Below, piece by piece: positions 14,001 through 27,414 of a stretch of 64,000 nt of DNA (positions are counted from its first letter, which is position 1; each line of letters opens with the position of its first letter). Location: the NCBI GenBank assembly GCA_000934665.2, contig KZ538198.1, positions 1 to 64,000 on the forward strand, given 5' to 3'. The stretch is from Catajapyx aquilonaris. Taxonomy: Eukaryota. The translations under genes and the position numbers were made by a program. Under the pieces are notes generated by a model. It saw only the letters and a program-made list of their open reading frames with translations, did no database searches and was not told where the DNA came from.

Positions 14001-16088
14001 TCCATGACATTACATGTGTTACATGACTGTATACATGGCATACAGTAGGAACAAGGTAGCTTGTAATGAAAGAGCAACACTTGTTGTGTCACAGGTGAGA
14101 CTGTGCGCGCCTTTATGAGTTAACTCGAGTGGTCTGAAAAGTGGCGTATATACTGTACAGTACGTGGGCCACATGCTGACAAGAACATACACTGTAACAA
14201 GTACAGAGAAAGCAGCCCTTATGTAACGGTCTTTATCACAAGTCACATTACTGTAGGCTACTACGCCTTATCTACGATTTTTTGAGGCGGTTGTGTTGGG
14301 CACCTGTGTTGCTGGAATCCTTGCTGAATATCCTGGAGGCATTTGGAGAAATAAGCTGGTGGGGGGATCTTCTCATGTCACCCGCGAGGAAGACTTTAAA
14401 AAGTTTTCCGGATCTCATTACATCAAAATATGCACTTACTCTGGCAATGTGCCTGGCAACCACATCTGGGCTTAAGATGGCTCCCGTTCAGCCTCTTCTC
14501 CTAGGGAAGTGCTCATGTTTGTCTTTGTTACTTTTTAAATGAGTTTCTTTCTATCTCGCCCTCCAACCAGCAGGCATGCTGGTGCACAATATCTGGTGAT
14601 ATTAAACAGAAATCTGATGCAAGGTATTCTGAAAAAAAAAAAAGTGAAATTTCTTCTCCTCTGGTGTTCTTTCCGTTGGCACTCTTTTCATGTCCCTACC
14701 CCTCGTCACCTTCTTGATAACATTGTGCCCTGCGAACTCCTTTTTACTTTCATGTGGAAATTCCCGCAGAGAGGGGAGGTTTTTACTTTGTTAGGACCGG
14801 AGGAGCAACCAGTTTTCTGCAGTGCAAAAAGGAGGGTCTGCTGGGAAGGCAGAGATTTTGGGAGAGGAGTAAGGCCAATCAGGAAATTCCGTACAGTCTG
14901 AGCGCCTCTGTCTGGTGGTATTAACGGAGGATTAAAACCGAGGAAATGTGCACGGTATGTTCGGTGGAATTGCAAAGAAATCCTTTTGAGCAAAGGAATA
15001 AACAGACTTGTTTCGTTGAAACCATTATGAAATTAGCTCTTTGAAGAAACTTTTGCTGGAGGCGACTTAAAACGCCGTCTCAGCTCTATTTGTTTAATAA
15101 GAGTATACACACAGGGCTTAGGTAAGCAATTCAATATACCTTCAGGGAATATGGAAAAGTTGAAATAACAGGTAGCTGCAACAATATAGGCCTGTCTCAA
15201 GCAGAGTTGCACTGGGATTATTGACAGTGAATTCTAGGAACAGTGATGGGCAGAGGTCAGATTCCCCAGAGTGGCTATGGCGAAACTGGAGAGGTGCTTT
15301 TTGTTCGAGGGCTTTTGATCCACAGCATCAACGGTGTATGTACACCGAGAAGGCGTTGTGTAACAGGTCCCGTCTCTCGGCGGTCATTTTCTCCGAAAGT
15401 CGGTCTGATGCCGAAGTTTCATACAGATGCGGTGGATAGATGGGGGAAGGGAGATGCACCCTGTACCCAGTTGTGGCTCAGCGGGTGGTGTTAATTGGGG
15501 AAGATCAAAGGAAGGAATCTCTTTGGATGTCAAAGGCCTTAGCACATTTCCACACCATCATTTGCTGAGATTTAATCAACGTGCTTGGGTCCAGGACGCA
15601 ATTATATAGGCGAATTGTGCTAGCCCGAACCGCAGACTCTCAGCTATTGTTCCTGGTCGCAGTATGCAAAATATAGGTAACATGTACTTGACGTGGGTCG
15701 TAGTAAACATGACGTTGATACCTGGCAAATTTGAATCTTGCTTTGTAACCAGTTGATATCACGCTTTTTCATTATTGAGGTTTGTGGGTCTGCCACTGCG
15801 GCTTCCGTCCGGAACTTTAATTTACAATATCGGCACGGTATCCAGGGTTGTCAGATAATAACAACAAATGTGCAGATCGACCAATACATTCCGGATAAGG
15901 CCGGCGAGAATTTACTGCTCCGTGTAGGCTGAAAGTTTGCCAGGCTATAACCGTGAAAGTCGCATCCATATTTCTTTTGGCAGTATTCCTACAAAGAATG
16001 CACATTTCACGACCACCCAGCACCCTGAAGTGATTCCGATTCATTCGAACCCGTGTCTCTCTGCTTGAACATGATTAAAATTACATAC

Positions 16089-16343
16089 CTGTGAAAGGGT
16101 ACTTTGGCTCAGTTCCTGGCGCATAGTCTGCAGAGATGCATTTGAATTCACACGTAGTTCTCCCACCAGGAAAGTCCCATCTCTCACTATCTTCACCTCC
16201 CCAATACCTACTTTCCTCAGGGGGAATTCGGTGGCTCCTTCTACCTTTTTCTTCTTCTTCTTTTTTTTCTTTAACTCCCTATTTTGGCAAGGTTCCGCTG
16301 CTGACACGTTGCTATCAGCGAACGGAGGGGACACCATTTCCAT
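16089..16343 (-). CDS. Candidate antisense (nested) coding exon, unknown product
   Basis: 85 codons from ATG (MEMV...KKKKKKKKKVEGATEFPLRKVGIGEVKIVRDGTFLVGELRVNSNASLQTMRQELSQSTLSQ) end in phase 0 at CAG|gtatgt. An upstream acceptor, tcaaattttcag, precedes 16558. No recognisable homology. Confidence 0.25.
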
Positions 16344-19300
16344 TGGTTTCCGCCCAGAAATCGACTAGACCTGAGATCCATTCTGGCTCCAGGCAAGCTC
16401 CTGGGGTTCTTCTCCCAGGACCCAGCTCGCCCTGACGAATTATCTCCTCTGGAGGCCCATTCCTGGGGATCTACTCCTCTCCGGTGATCTGCCTTCATCG
16501 CGTTAATGAATAAAGAACAAGTCCCTGGAAGCTTCATGGGGACTTGTACAGTGGAGGGCTGAAAATTTGATGAACCAGGGCCCAGGACAGGCCTAACTTG
16601 CGAGTTTTTAGTGACGAGCTGATTAGAGTCGTGATAAGGATGCAGGCTCAGTCGCATTTACGTAAACAGGATTATATGCAAATTTATGGGCTCGGGTCAA
16701 GGTTAGGGAGATGCGCAGTAACATGCAGCTGTGGTGACATTGGCCCAGATATGCCTGAAGAAATATTTTCCTTCGTACGAGCAAATGAATAACTAACATA
16801 TTAATTTAAAATCTAATAAGTGTCCTGTATATAGGACATTAGGCACATATCTGAAAAGTAGTGTTGACATTTTCTGGTGAAGGCAGCAGTAGAGGATTTG
16901 CAATTTTAGCTCCTGCCTAACTTCATTTCCGATCTCACCGGATATAGTTTTAGTGACTGGCCATTGACAAATGGAATAATGAAGCAGCGATGGGAAGTGC
17001 TTAATTCAGTTCCATGTGAGTGATGAGTGATGAGACACATGCTGTCAGAGGTAATGGATGGGCAATACGGGTACGGGGATGGGATTTTGCCCCTGCTTGG
17101 TGATTGTTGGCTTTGATAGGATTAACAATGCTATATGGGTAACTGGATTACGGCGTTACGCTTTTGCATACGATAATAAATTGTTGTTTTTTACAATTTG
17201 GGGGGGGACACGGCACCGAGTTATAGTTTTAACGTCTGGTGGTAAACTGCGGCGCATACTAATGTTTCTATTGGCGGCACAAAAGAGAATGAAGTGACAC
17301 CGTTTTGGTGGCGAGTAGATCTGCATAACGGGCGGTGAAAAATAGAGTGGAAATTCGTGTAAACAATGGAGGAGGTTAGGCTTAGAAACGTGTACGGCGA
17401 AGAGGTAAAGAGGATGGCGGAATGCTGTTCTACCTCTCAGGACGTCCGTTAGTGTCAGTTTGACGGACACAAAAAGGCCGTTTGTCGAATTTTCGCGGAT
17501 ACTTTTGACATCGCCTACGGGTACAACTGCATTGTTGCAGAATATTTTTTACCCCATTTACAAAGCAAAAACCCGGCAGTAAACCCGCCCTAAAACTAGT
17601 CGCATATTTTCACGACAATTGAATGCCATTGTGTACACTCGTTAATTAGAGTCATTCTTGCGAAAAATCGGTTTCCGGCGATACCACCTCCGCAGTTCGA
17701 TGCACTCTTGCCCGGTTATAAACCCAGCGATTTCCAGCACGAAAGCAAGCCTTGCTTCGGTATCCTTTGCACAGGTAATTTGCTCGGAAGATTCTGTTTC
17801 GATAAGCTAAAATGGCAATTCCACGTCTGAATGTAGTGTATAGAACTTTGAATGATCTTGGGGGCTGTGTGGCCCTGGTCGATATGTTTTGTGCAGGTTG
17901 GCACCACGACCTCCCCCCTCCCCCATTTTCTTGAAAACAAAGCAGTCTACTACACAGGGCTTTAAGTCTATGAATAACTTACGAAGGCTGGCCACAAAAT
18001 GAATTTTTTAGGGAGCATTCTTCCATCATGCTTGAGTGGGAGTGCTGGTAAACAGCTTTGAGATGTCGCCTTGAGTGAATGCAGGGAGAGAGGAAAGAAT
18101 AGTGCGTACACTTGGGGGTTTCGTGTGAATAGTCTGAGAGTAACTTTCTCAAACTTTGTGAATGATCAAGTTGCGAAAGATTACTCGGGAGATTCCATCA
18201 GGCTGACTTTCGACTTACAACTTTGACTTGGAAGTTTGAGGAGGTAATTATGAACCTAGGTCCTAGGGTACTATTTCTTGTGCTTAAAGGTGTTATAATT
18301 GCGATATGCGATGGTTGACAGTTTTAAATTTTCAGTTTGTAAAAAAATTAATGTGGGGAAACCAGTAGTGGCACGTTTAGTGTCACTTGCGGGTCTATTA
18401 TGTAATTAATCGCCCAGTCAGTGTGACACAATACTGAAAGAGACACTCGGATTTGCTCAGTTTCATCGGAGGACTAGTTGACTGGCAGTTAATTGACGCT
18501 TTATAAATTCCGTCCCCACAATGTGATGACAGTATGTTTTTTTCTCCCGAATTTAACACATTTTTCGATGTCACATTTATTCGTCTCTCCCTCCTAGCTG
18601 GTGACGGCGACAGTCTTTTGTGTGTGGCGTAACACATCTGTCAATCAAAACCGTTTAATATTCAACATGGAGTAGCGTGGGTTGAACCAGCAACTCCATT
18701 TCCATACTTAACAGGAAGTAAGGCCTAACCATCCATCCAGCAGCTCCGTATTCAAAATGCAAATGCAACTCTGCGGAGCAGTCGGGCGCGGAGCAACACT
18801 GATAAGGCGAAAAAGGAGGAAGACCACACAGTAAATGAAAACTGAGGCGACTTGTGTGAGAGAGAGAGCCTTCATGTAATACATGTTGCACTTTGGCATA
18901 TGACACAGGGTTTCCTTTGATGCGTTTCACATCAAGCAGAATGCTTAATCAGCTGGAAGCTACTCTAATGGAACTCACCTGTGTGCGCCATCTTTGTATT
19001 ATTGCATACATATAGTGCGTGGAACTGTGGACTTAACCTGCACCAACTGAGGATAATGATATTGGGAAATGATGTCAGACGCTCCTTTCCCTCTCTCAAA
19101 CTTCAGCAGCTCTTCAGGAGAAGTTGCGCCAAGGCTTCAATATCCAATTTGGCGTGTAAGTACTTAAAGCGACAATGGAACTCACTATGGGTAGATAACG
19201 TCGTGGAAATTGAAAGGATCATTTTTGCTAAGAGGATTTCCGTGCTGCAGTGCTTGAGAGAAAACCTTTTCTGAAAGGTCTCGATGGCCAGGCTAAAGTG

Positions 19301-22300
19301 TGCTTTGGGAGCCCTCAAAGAGAATCATACACCTCGAGTGTACGCTGGATCCGGGATGTTCATCAAATTCTGGGTCCGGAACTTTGATTGCAATTTGGCG
19401 CCTGGCTTCCACCTCAAAAACCGCGACTATTTCTGGCCCTTTGGAGGAAACGAGGGTATTAGTGGGGGCCAGCGGTTGGGTCTAAAACTGTATGGAGAAC
19501 CTCATTCAACTTATCAAAAAGAGATGAAGTGCTAGTTTATCAGGCATTAAATGAGTATTATTTTGCGTCTGTTCGTAGCATGAACCGATGTAAAGGGCCG
19601 TTTTATTTACTGGAGGGAGCAGCCATGTTTGACAGAAAATCATTTTTTCGCTGGTGTTGTTTTCAACTTTTTTCCCCCCCGATATTGTGGTTTTATACGT
19701 ATTGCAACAATCCAGCCGATACTTTTATTGGAAACGATCGACCATAATTTGCGGAAACACCATCTGAGAGTTGGTACCAGGCACTGTTTGTGAAGAATTT
19801 CCAAGAATAGTACTACAATGTAGGATGAATTTAGATGGAGTGATGATATTGTGGTGGTTTTTCGTGGGTGTCGATTCTTTCACTGTTTCAGGGAAACTAT
19901 ATCGTGGGTTTCCTCGGGAATTGTTTTGGTGAGCCCGCAAAATCCGGGCCTGATGCCAGGACAAAGCTTCATGTTTGTAGCGGCTGATTTTTATTTTCCA
20001 GCAGTTTTAGAGTTCAGAATTTGTCGAACGTACAAACACTCAACAGCATTACGTGGAGATAAAATTGTGAGCTTCTGCCTGCTTTGGATCACAAATATGC
20101 AGCGATTAGATTTGCCGGCGGATTTCACCTTTCTCGATAAGTTTTTTTTGGCCCCCTTTTTTGCGGAACAAATCGAATATTTTGGCTACCACTCTGCCTT
20201 TGAGCGCCAAATGGTTATATAGAGTAATCGATTTGATGGCCTAAGCTGATGGGTTTCGCCTCTTTGAAAATAACATTTCTGTTCATTCATGCGAATTGTT
20301 ATGGTGCTTTATAACAAGTTGATTGGAAAATTTGCGGTAATTTTTGAAATTAATTCGTGCCCATATATACTAACAATTAATTTAGTTACATAAACATGAT
20401 TCAAACTGTTAAATAGTTTCTCCTATGCGCCCCATTACACTCGTTAAGTTATCAGGGTAATGGGTAAAATTTTGATGTAATTGTAATGCTGCAGTTCATG
20501 CTGCATGACTCTCATTACCATGGGGAACTGTTGGTTTGCCCAAATTAATTGTTATTACCGTACCAGATAAAGTTCTGTATTAATTCCATTTCTGTAGCAC
20601 AGTCATGCATTGTTCTCGAGGGACAATAGATTTGCACAGGTACATGTTCCCTACTTTTTTTTGTACCTCGTCTAGACGAATCGATTCTTGTCGGCAAGAT
20701 TCAGACAATTAGGATTGTTACAACGATCTTTCCGGACAACGGCCTTTGCTTTGACCAAATAAGTGTTTGACTTGGATTCTGAAAGGAGTGGTTAGGAGGT
20801 TTCTGACTGCTTCCTCTTTGATGATAGCAGCTTCAAGTTGTTTAAAAAAAAGAAAGACTCTGTGCCTATATGTAAGTGCAACTGAGATGTCGGCAAAATG
20901 AGACGGTCGATAACGAACATGACATAGTCGCAAGGGAACAAAGATCTTAATAAAAGTTAGAATGGTCTTTATGCTATACGCCAACGAGTTAAATTTAGCG
21001 AAAAATTAAGGGGGGCATCAAACGAGCTTGACTTCTCCACAGTCGCTACCTTAATGAAATACCGGGAGTCGGAAAGGAATTTTTATTCTCATTTTTTTGT
21101 GCCAGGCCACCATTGTGCTGTAGTTATTTCGGAATGAGACATTTATCTCCGGAGTTTCCTCCTTTCTAGTTTTTTCCGCCAATTTTTTATCTAGGAGAGA
21201 TGAGACTTAAGTGGATTAGTAAGCTCCGTGATTGGATTGTTCTGTAATTCTATTTCTTTGCCATCAACCCCCAGCACCACTGCTGACTTGGCCAAAAGAA
21301 GACCTTGGCCAGTAGTGGATCCAATTCATTAATCGTTTGCCGCAAAGTTTATAAAGTCGTTTTTTTGGTCGTACATTGGTATAGGGTGAGAAATTGCAAC
21401 GAAACGATATTCGACATATTTCTCATGAATATAAATCAGAAACATTGTGAAACAAGAGGTGACATGTGGTCACTGTTGATATAGGTTGGCCCAGCTTCTT
21501 CCCAGCACGTTCTTATCATATGTATCCAGGAAAGTGCAGGCAATATGCGATGCGGAACTATCTATAGTCGCCGATACCCCCTCCACACTTGCATATCGAT
21601 TTATTCAGCCCATTGGAAATCCTTATACACAGACAACCGAGGACCCCCAGCCATTCTTTGAAAATAATCGGATCAGGGGCATTTCCATTTTCCGGAAGGT
21701 GTTGGTTCTTGGGAGAAAACGACAACTGTGCGGCGTGGGTTGGTCGTCCAATCCTAAGGAAAAGTAGAGGGGGGAACGAGAAACTGGATTATGGTCGGTA
21801 ACGAAGGAAGGCCTGAATGCGAAAGCCCAGCTGGCGTTTCGCATTCATGGCCCAAGTTCCATTCAGGAGGCATTGTGTCATCCGAAGTCCTCGGTCGCCC
21901 CCCGCCCCCCAGCAAGGCTGATGGGGGAACATGCTCAAGTGATTTCCTACCCCCAAAGTCGAGACTCGAGACGCTATCAGCTCACGCCATCTTGCATTTC
22001 TAAGGAGGCAGGCATCCTTTTTTTTATAAGGGACCGACGCTGCTGCTTTCTAATTGTCGAGACAGCAAAAAGTTTTGTTCGCACTATGTCAAAAACCGCT
22101 ATCGCAATGGCGGCGCGACGGAATGGAAAAATAAATTGCGGAAAAAAAAACTTGAGAAATTATTTGTGGCGGTTCCGAACAAGAGGCAGTAAATTTTCAG
22201 ATATTGTTGGAGGAAGACAACAAAAGCTTTCCCATCCCGTGCCAAACAAGCAATTAGCGTATTCGTGCCTCTTTATAGATGGTGCAAATGGCAGTGGGAG

Positions 22301-24315
22301 TTCGGCCCAAATGCATTCGAGCTATTGTTCCATAGAAATCAGCGGCACCTGCGTTACCTCCTACCGTTGGTGAAAACGAGGAATGAGTATTGGAAGAGTG
22401 TATGTGCTAGCAAGCTCGAAGGGAGATAATGCATGAGTTTTTCAGGTTCGTGATAATTGGTGGGAAATTTCACCAACTACAAATGCTCTTGCCTGATTCT
22501 CTTCTGGCAGATCTTCATCAGGTCTGCTTGAGATACGTCGATAACGACTAATATGTATCGAGCTTAGAACATTGAGAAACTATTAATACCGGTATTGTAA
22601 CAGTAGTTCTACTTTAGGACGTTACCGCTGGGTTCGTGGTAATTTCCCTTTCAGCACCACATACAGTAATCAGCATTTCACATTTATGTACTGTACATTG
22701 ATAGGCCTACTGTAGCTTCTAGAACGGCGCAACCGTTGTATTCATGTTTTTGTGCATGGAATAATTCAGTGGAAGATGTGGTGTGTAGGGGAGTAATTCG
22801 ACGCCAATTCTACATAATCTGCTTAGATGTCCTCTGTAGCTTATATACTGCACTTCCTTGAGCGGGACGACAAAGAGCAACAACTACACTGCGAGACACT
22901 CGAGGGAATAATTATGCAGGATACACATACGAAATCTATCTGTAGATGAAGTACCAAGGCTGCAGTGTGGTGCTTATTATATAACAACTGTTATGTCTAC
23001 TCTACTAACAGTCTACTACACTATTTAGTGTGCAGATTTGTACTCTTTAAATTAGTAAATCAGAACTTCATAATAAGCGACTATAGCTGCAAAATATGTA
23101 TGGCAGTCATGATTTTAAAATTATGAGCGTGTGTTATGGATATTTAACAAGACTAGGCCAGAAAAGTCGTTGTGTTAAAGCTGATTTATTCACGTTCTTG
23201 CGGCTGAAAAACAAGTGATAAAGGAATACCAGGGAATACCACTGTGCACTGTTGCAGAATGACATGACCAACTCTTCATAATACATAATTATACGTTTTG
23301 CCTGTACCTAGACATTTCATTGCTTCCACTGCTTGTATATTATCGTACGTACTATACGTATAATCTACGTTACAGTCACTATATACGCCATCAAAAATCG
23401 AACCTCTGATGCAGCAAATGGGATGTGATTTTATTTTGTTACGAGAAACACAGGATGATTGTTTCTGACGGCAAGCCCCGAGTGCAGAAACAGGGTATAG
23501 GCAGCCCATTTTGCTCCTACAACCATCCTCTTCCTTTTTTTATCCACTTTTCCTTTTTTTCCGGAGCTCTCACCGGAGAAAATTGTTCCCCCCCGGCTGC
23601 CTTGCTTATGGACTTCCTCTTGTGGAAGGAGAATCACTTGGCTGTTGTGTCTCCATCGGGAGTTCCATTTAATTCCCCTGTTCTCTCCTTAATGGTGTTA
23701 TTTCAGATATTTAGAGTGGGCTGCACTGCATCAAAGCGTTTGTTATTCCACCTGACGACCTCCCTGTTTTTTCTTCTTCTTCTTCTGGTATTCCCAAACG
23801 TCCCATTATTTTCAAAAGCAAGAAACAAGATTTTTTGACTGCAATTGCGATTGTGTGTCGTGAATGGTTTTCTTCTCACCCCACGAAAATGACGTATGGC
23901 CATCGACGCTGCAATTTTCCTCTCCAGAGACCTCGAACCATTACGTCCCGGAGACTGCACCGGTGCCCCCATTTTCAATCGGGAGGAAACGTGGGGGCAT
24001 CGCCTGGACCACCATCATCTCTATCCAATCTGGGCCTCTTCCCACACCCTGCTTTGTTTTCTGGACTCGTGCCATCCTCACTCAATTGACCCCCAGGCTT
24101 TCATCCAGGGGAAGTAACGCTTGATTCCTGGGAGTAATTGAGAATTTTCGTACCTTTGAAGCATTTTATTTATTTAGCTTAAGATCAAGGAGCATTTTCT
24201 TTTATCCAGGATATAAGTGTGGTGAGGCTCCCCATGCAGTGTATTAGGTCTCGTGCAGTATTTAGTGCTCCCGTACAGGCTGTATTTCTTTTCCGTACCC
24301 CGGGTGCATCGTATA

Positions 24316-24382
24316 GCTTTCTTTATATGGCACTGTACAGGCCTGAAAATTTCAGGCCTGTACAGTGCCATATAAAGAAAGC
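24316..24382. repeat. Perfect 67-bp palindrome (33-bp arms, 1-nt spacer)
   Basis: gctttctttatatggcactgtacaggcctgaaa-a-tttcaggcctgtacagtgccatataaagaaagc. The arms are exact reverse complements. Confidence 0.97.
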
Positions 24383-24465
24383 GGGAGGTAAATAGTGGGC
24401 TGGGTACAGTACGACCGTGTCTGTTTTTGTAAGGGATCTGGATTTTAAGGCTCGCAGCACAGGTA

Positions 24466-24749
24466 CAGTGTTGGACATTAATCGCGTCATACTACTAGCG
24501 ACATTTTCCGATGCGGCAGACGTGCTAATCGAAGAGACAGAGTGCGAGCCGCGCGAGAAAGAAGTGGTAGCCCTTGGGGGACGTCACTGGCTGGGGACAA
24601 GCCCTTTTCTCCATTACCCCTCAGCCGGTGACGTCACTCAAGGCCTACCTCTTCTGATTCGCACTGCTCGCACTCTATCACTTCGATTTGCACGTCTGCC
24701 GCATCGAAATATGTCGCTAGCAGTATGACGCGATTAATGTCCAACACTG
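24466..24749. mobile_element. 284-bp palindromic MITE (Tc1/mariner-type non-autonomous DNA transposon)
   Basis: Perfect 28-bp terminal inverted repeats (CAGTGTTGGACATTAATCGCGTCATACT) continue as imperfect arms of about 130 bp. TA lies on both flanks (24464-24465 and 24750-24751), and the termini begin CAGT. Confidence 0.88.
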
Positions 24750-27330
24750 TACTGTATGATGGTATCATACGTGTATAGTAAGGAGCAAACCATCTGGCAC
24801 ATTGCAACGAAATTAATACTGGTTTTAATTGCATTTTGGGTAAACACAATTACTCCATCGACCTGCGCGAATGCACACCTATACGTACTGCAGGCAATAC
24901 GGTGCACTGTGTGCCTTTGCACATTTTATAAACCCATGAAGAAAACAAGGCAGGCGCACACGCCCGCACAGACGACATGGCTGGACGCACAAACACACAG
25001 TAGCATTGTATTTGGGCTCAAATCGCCCGGATTCCTACCCTTTCACCGTCCCATTGACAAACCGGGTAATAATCAGTCCCGATTACGCCACAGCCATCCC
25101 TTTGTCGCCAACTCGCAACAAAAGGGGAGCAGCATGCAAGAGGCCCTTCACGGCCTGGAGTTTGTCACCACACCAGCCTGATGTGTCACGAGGCTTGGCA
25201 ATGCGACGGGGGATGACTTATCTGCATTCCAGTTTCCCGCCAAAATCTCAACCTTTTGATTCGTGGTCCTCAGTCGGACTATTTTAAGCCTTCTGCTGGA
25301 TAAAGGAAGCCAAGTTGGATTTAATATCTCAGACTTCATCCACTTCGAGGAATGCATTGTGCCTGCAATTATGGAGCTCTCTGCAGATGAGATATAGAAA
25401 TAAGTCTAATTATCTCCTGGGATTTTATTGATTAATTCCTTCTCTCCTAATTAGCAATGCCTGTACTCTTGAAGAAGCCTGGTAAAAGGGAATGATTAAC
25501 GCTAGACATCTTAGCCTGATTGCGGCTTTTATTGCATTAGGTCCTTCAATTTCGTTTAATTTCTTTTCCGCCTTAGATAACTGTCTGAATTCTTAACTTT
25601 TGGATGGAATGTGGAAGTTTTGGAGGGGGAGACAGCGTAGACGGGAATATTTATTAGATTATGCCTGGCATTCATGTCAGCCGCAATCAGGGCAAGAGAT
25701 TCTCAGGAATTCCAGATTTCTGGGGAAGATCACTTTTCTAGAGAGGCTCAAAAGTCATATTCGCTTAGTTGGAGCGTAATGTTCGCAGACTGCGGTCAAG
25801 TATGTATAACTTCGGCATTAACTGTGTTGTGATGAAAGCTGGCGTATGCACATAGCCTGGTAATTACATGAACAAATATTTTGCAAAGGGGTGAAGCCCA
25901 GTACTTATACAAACCGGAAGAGTAAATTATACGCTGTCGGTCAACATCAGAAGCGAAGTTCTGTACAGGCACGTATACAGTATCTATTGCCAGTTAAAAA
26001 TTCGCCAGGTATTGACTTACGGAATGCAACGTGCATAAATTTTGTACGTTATACGAATTTAAGATTGCGTGCAACCCGCATTGCACCAAAAATCGTGGTC
26101 TGGATGTCGGAAGTGAGCAGGTCTCACCAGAAAGCCACGGGGAAAACTCTGCAAACATGTGAAACGGACGTATTGGACAGGTGACAACTTGTTAGACGCC
26201 AGAGAAGTGCGGTGTCCAAGTGACAGCAGGAGGAAACTTGCCTGTTCCGACGTTAACTCGGTGTCCCATCATGCATATAGTGTAAACACAATGCAAGCTC
26301 CATTCTTAACCTCTTAAGTTGTACAACTTCATAGTTGAGAAGAAAAATTGTGTCATTGCGAGGTAATACACTCGTAATGAACATTTTGTTCAAGATGTTG
26401 AAGAAGAGAGTACTCAAATGCCAAGGCCGTAAACCTGTGTAATTATGCGTATATAGCTTCTTAGGGAACCAGACACTGCGGAGATCTACCGGAAGACTTC
26501 TTGAGTACGTCGTAAATTCTGGGCAGTGTTTGTTACTTTTCTCTAGTCTGCCTAGTTGGAAACTTTCACGCAGATAAGGCCATTGAAACCCCAACTTGAA
26601 GAGCCCGAAGTTTAATCCACCTCCCCCTTACTCCTCCAACTTAACTTGGGTTTCTAACTTTGTCGATACAAAGTGTATCAAGTACAGGACCGAGATTCAG
26701 TATCGGTGGCAGCAGGGAAATGCGACTTCATCTCATAGTCAGTGTAGGTTTGGTCTACTGCCTCTTAAGAGAATTGGGTTTTCCACGGGGAGAAGGTAGG
26801 ATTACCAGTTAAATTCACAATAGGGTTGAAGTTGGAGTCATTCAAAGTGTGGTTACTGCAGCTATTCAGACGAGTTCAGGTTTTGGACTGACCGGCTCTG
26901 TTATTTAAATTAATTCCTTATTTGGGACACCTCTATTGTAATAAGGGCTGCATTTTCAGCAGTTTGTTTGCTTTTTATGGCCTCTACTTATTATCAGCTT
27001 ATCCCTCCTAACAAATTTCACATTCTTGGTTATAAATATGAAAATGTTATCGCATTGTCCACAAACGATAGTTCATTGACCTAATCCACACATCACCTCA
27101 ACGTAAACAAACACTCGAGTGGTAAACCAATCGAAGGCAAAAATTGTGTCCACCCCCTCTAAAATGTACGGTGCCTATTCCGCCAAGAAACACAATCTCA
27201 AGGCTTGTTAGCACAAGAAACTAGGTTTTAGGTGAACCTAGATAACACAGTTTGCTCACCTGATAGTCTGCTGATACAGGTCTGGGGGTAATACACTTCC
27301 AAAGTTTACTGGGTCAGTAATATTTCACAA

Positions 27331-27414
27331 ATGGAGGCTGTCGAGTGGACACGGTTGTTCGGATGTCCCTTGGACATTTCGGTCAGAACCAGATGGAAAC
27401 CATTCAATGCGAAG
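27331..27414 (+). CDS. Candidate alternative first coding exon of the NOS1AP-like gene
   Basis: ATG at 27331 is open for 28 codons (MEAVEWTRLFGCPLDISVRTRWKPFNAK) to AAG|gtaagg. It is phase 0 and ends in F-x-A-K like the canonical first exon. The rest shows no similarity. Confidence 0.22.

Noticed and set aside
14080..14100. ttgttgtgtcacag|gtgaga AG|GT junction
   Set aside because: Short, G-interrupted tract with purine-rich, AG-containing sequence just upstream.
15110..15127. ttag|gtaagc AG|GT junction
   Set aside because: Good donor but no polypyrimidine tract, so not a credible acceptor.
17755..17780. cctttgcacag|gtaatt as a third recursive site
   Set aside because: Weaker tract and donor, no clear branch motif, and no downstream consensus donor defining a cryptic exon.
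22650..22666. TTCAGCACCACATACAG resembling an RE1/NRSE element
   Set aside because: Lacks the critical GG and the 3' CGCC part; probably chance.
24417..24849. Two opposite-strand ORFs sharing TVLDINRVILLAT.DAADV
   Set aside because: An artefact of translating the two arms of the palindromic MITE.
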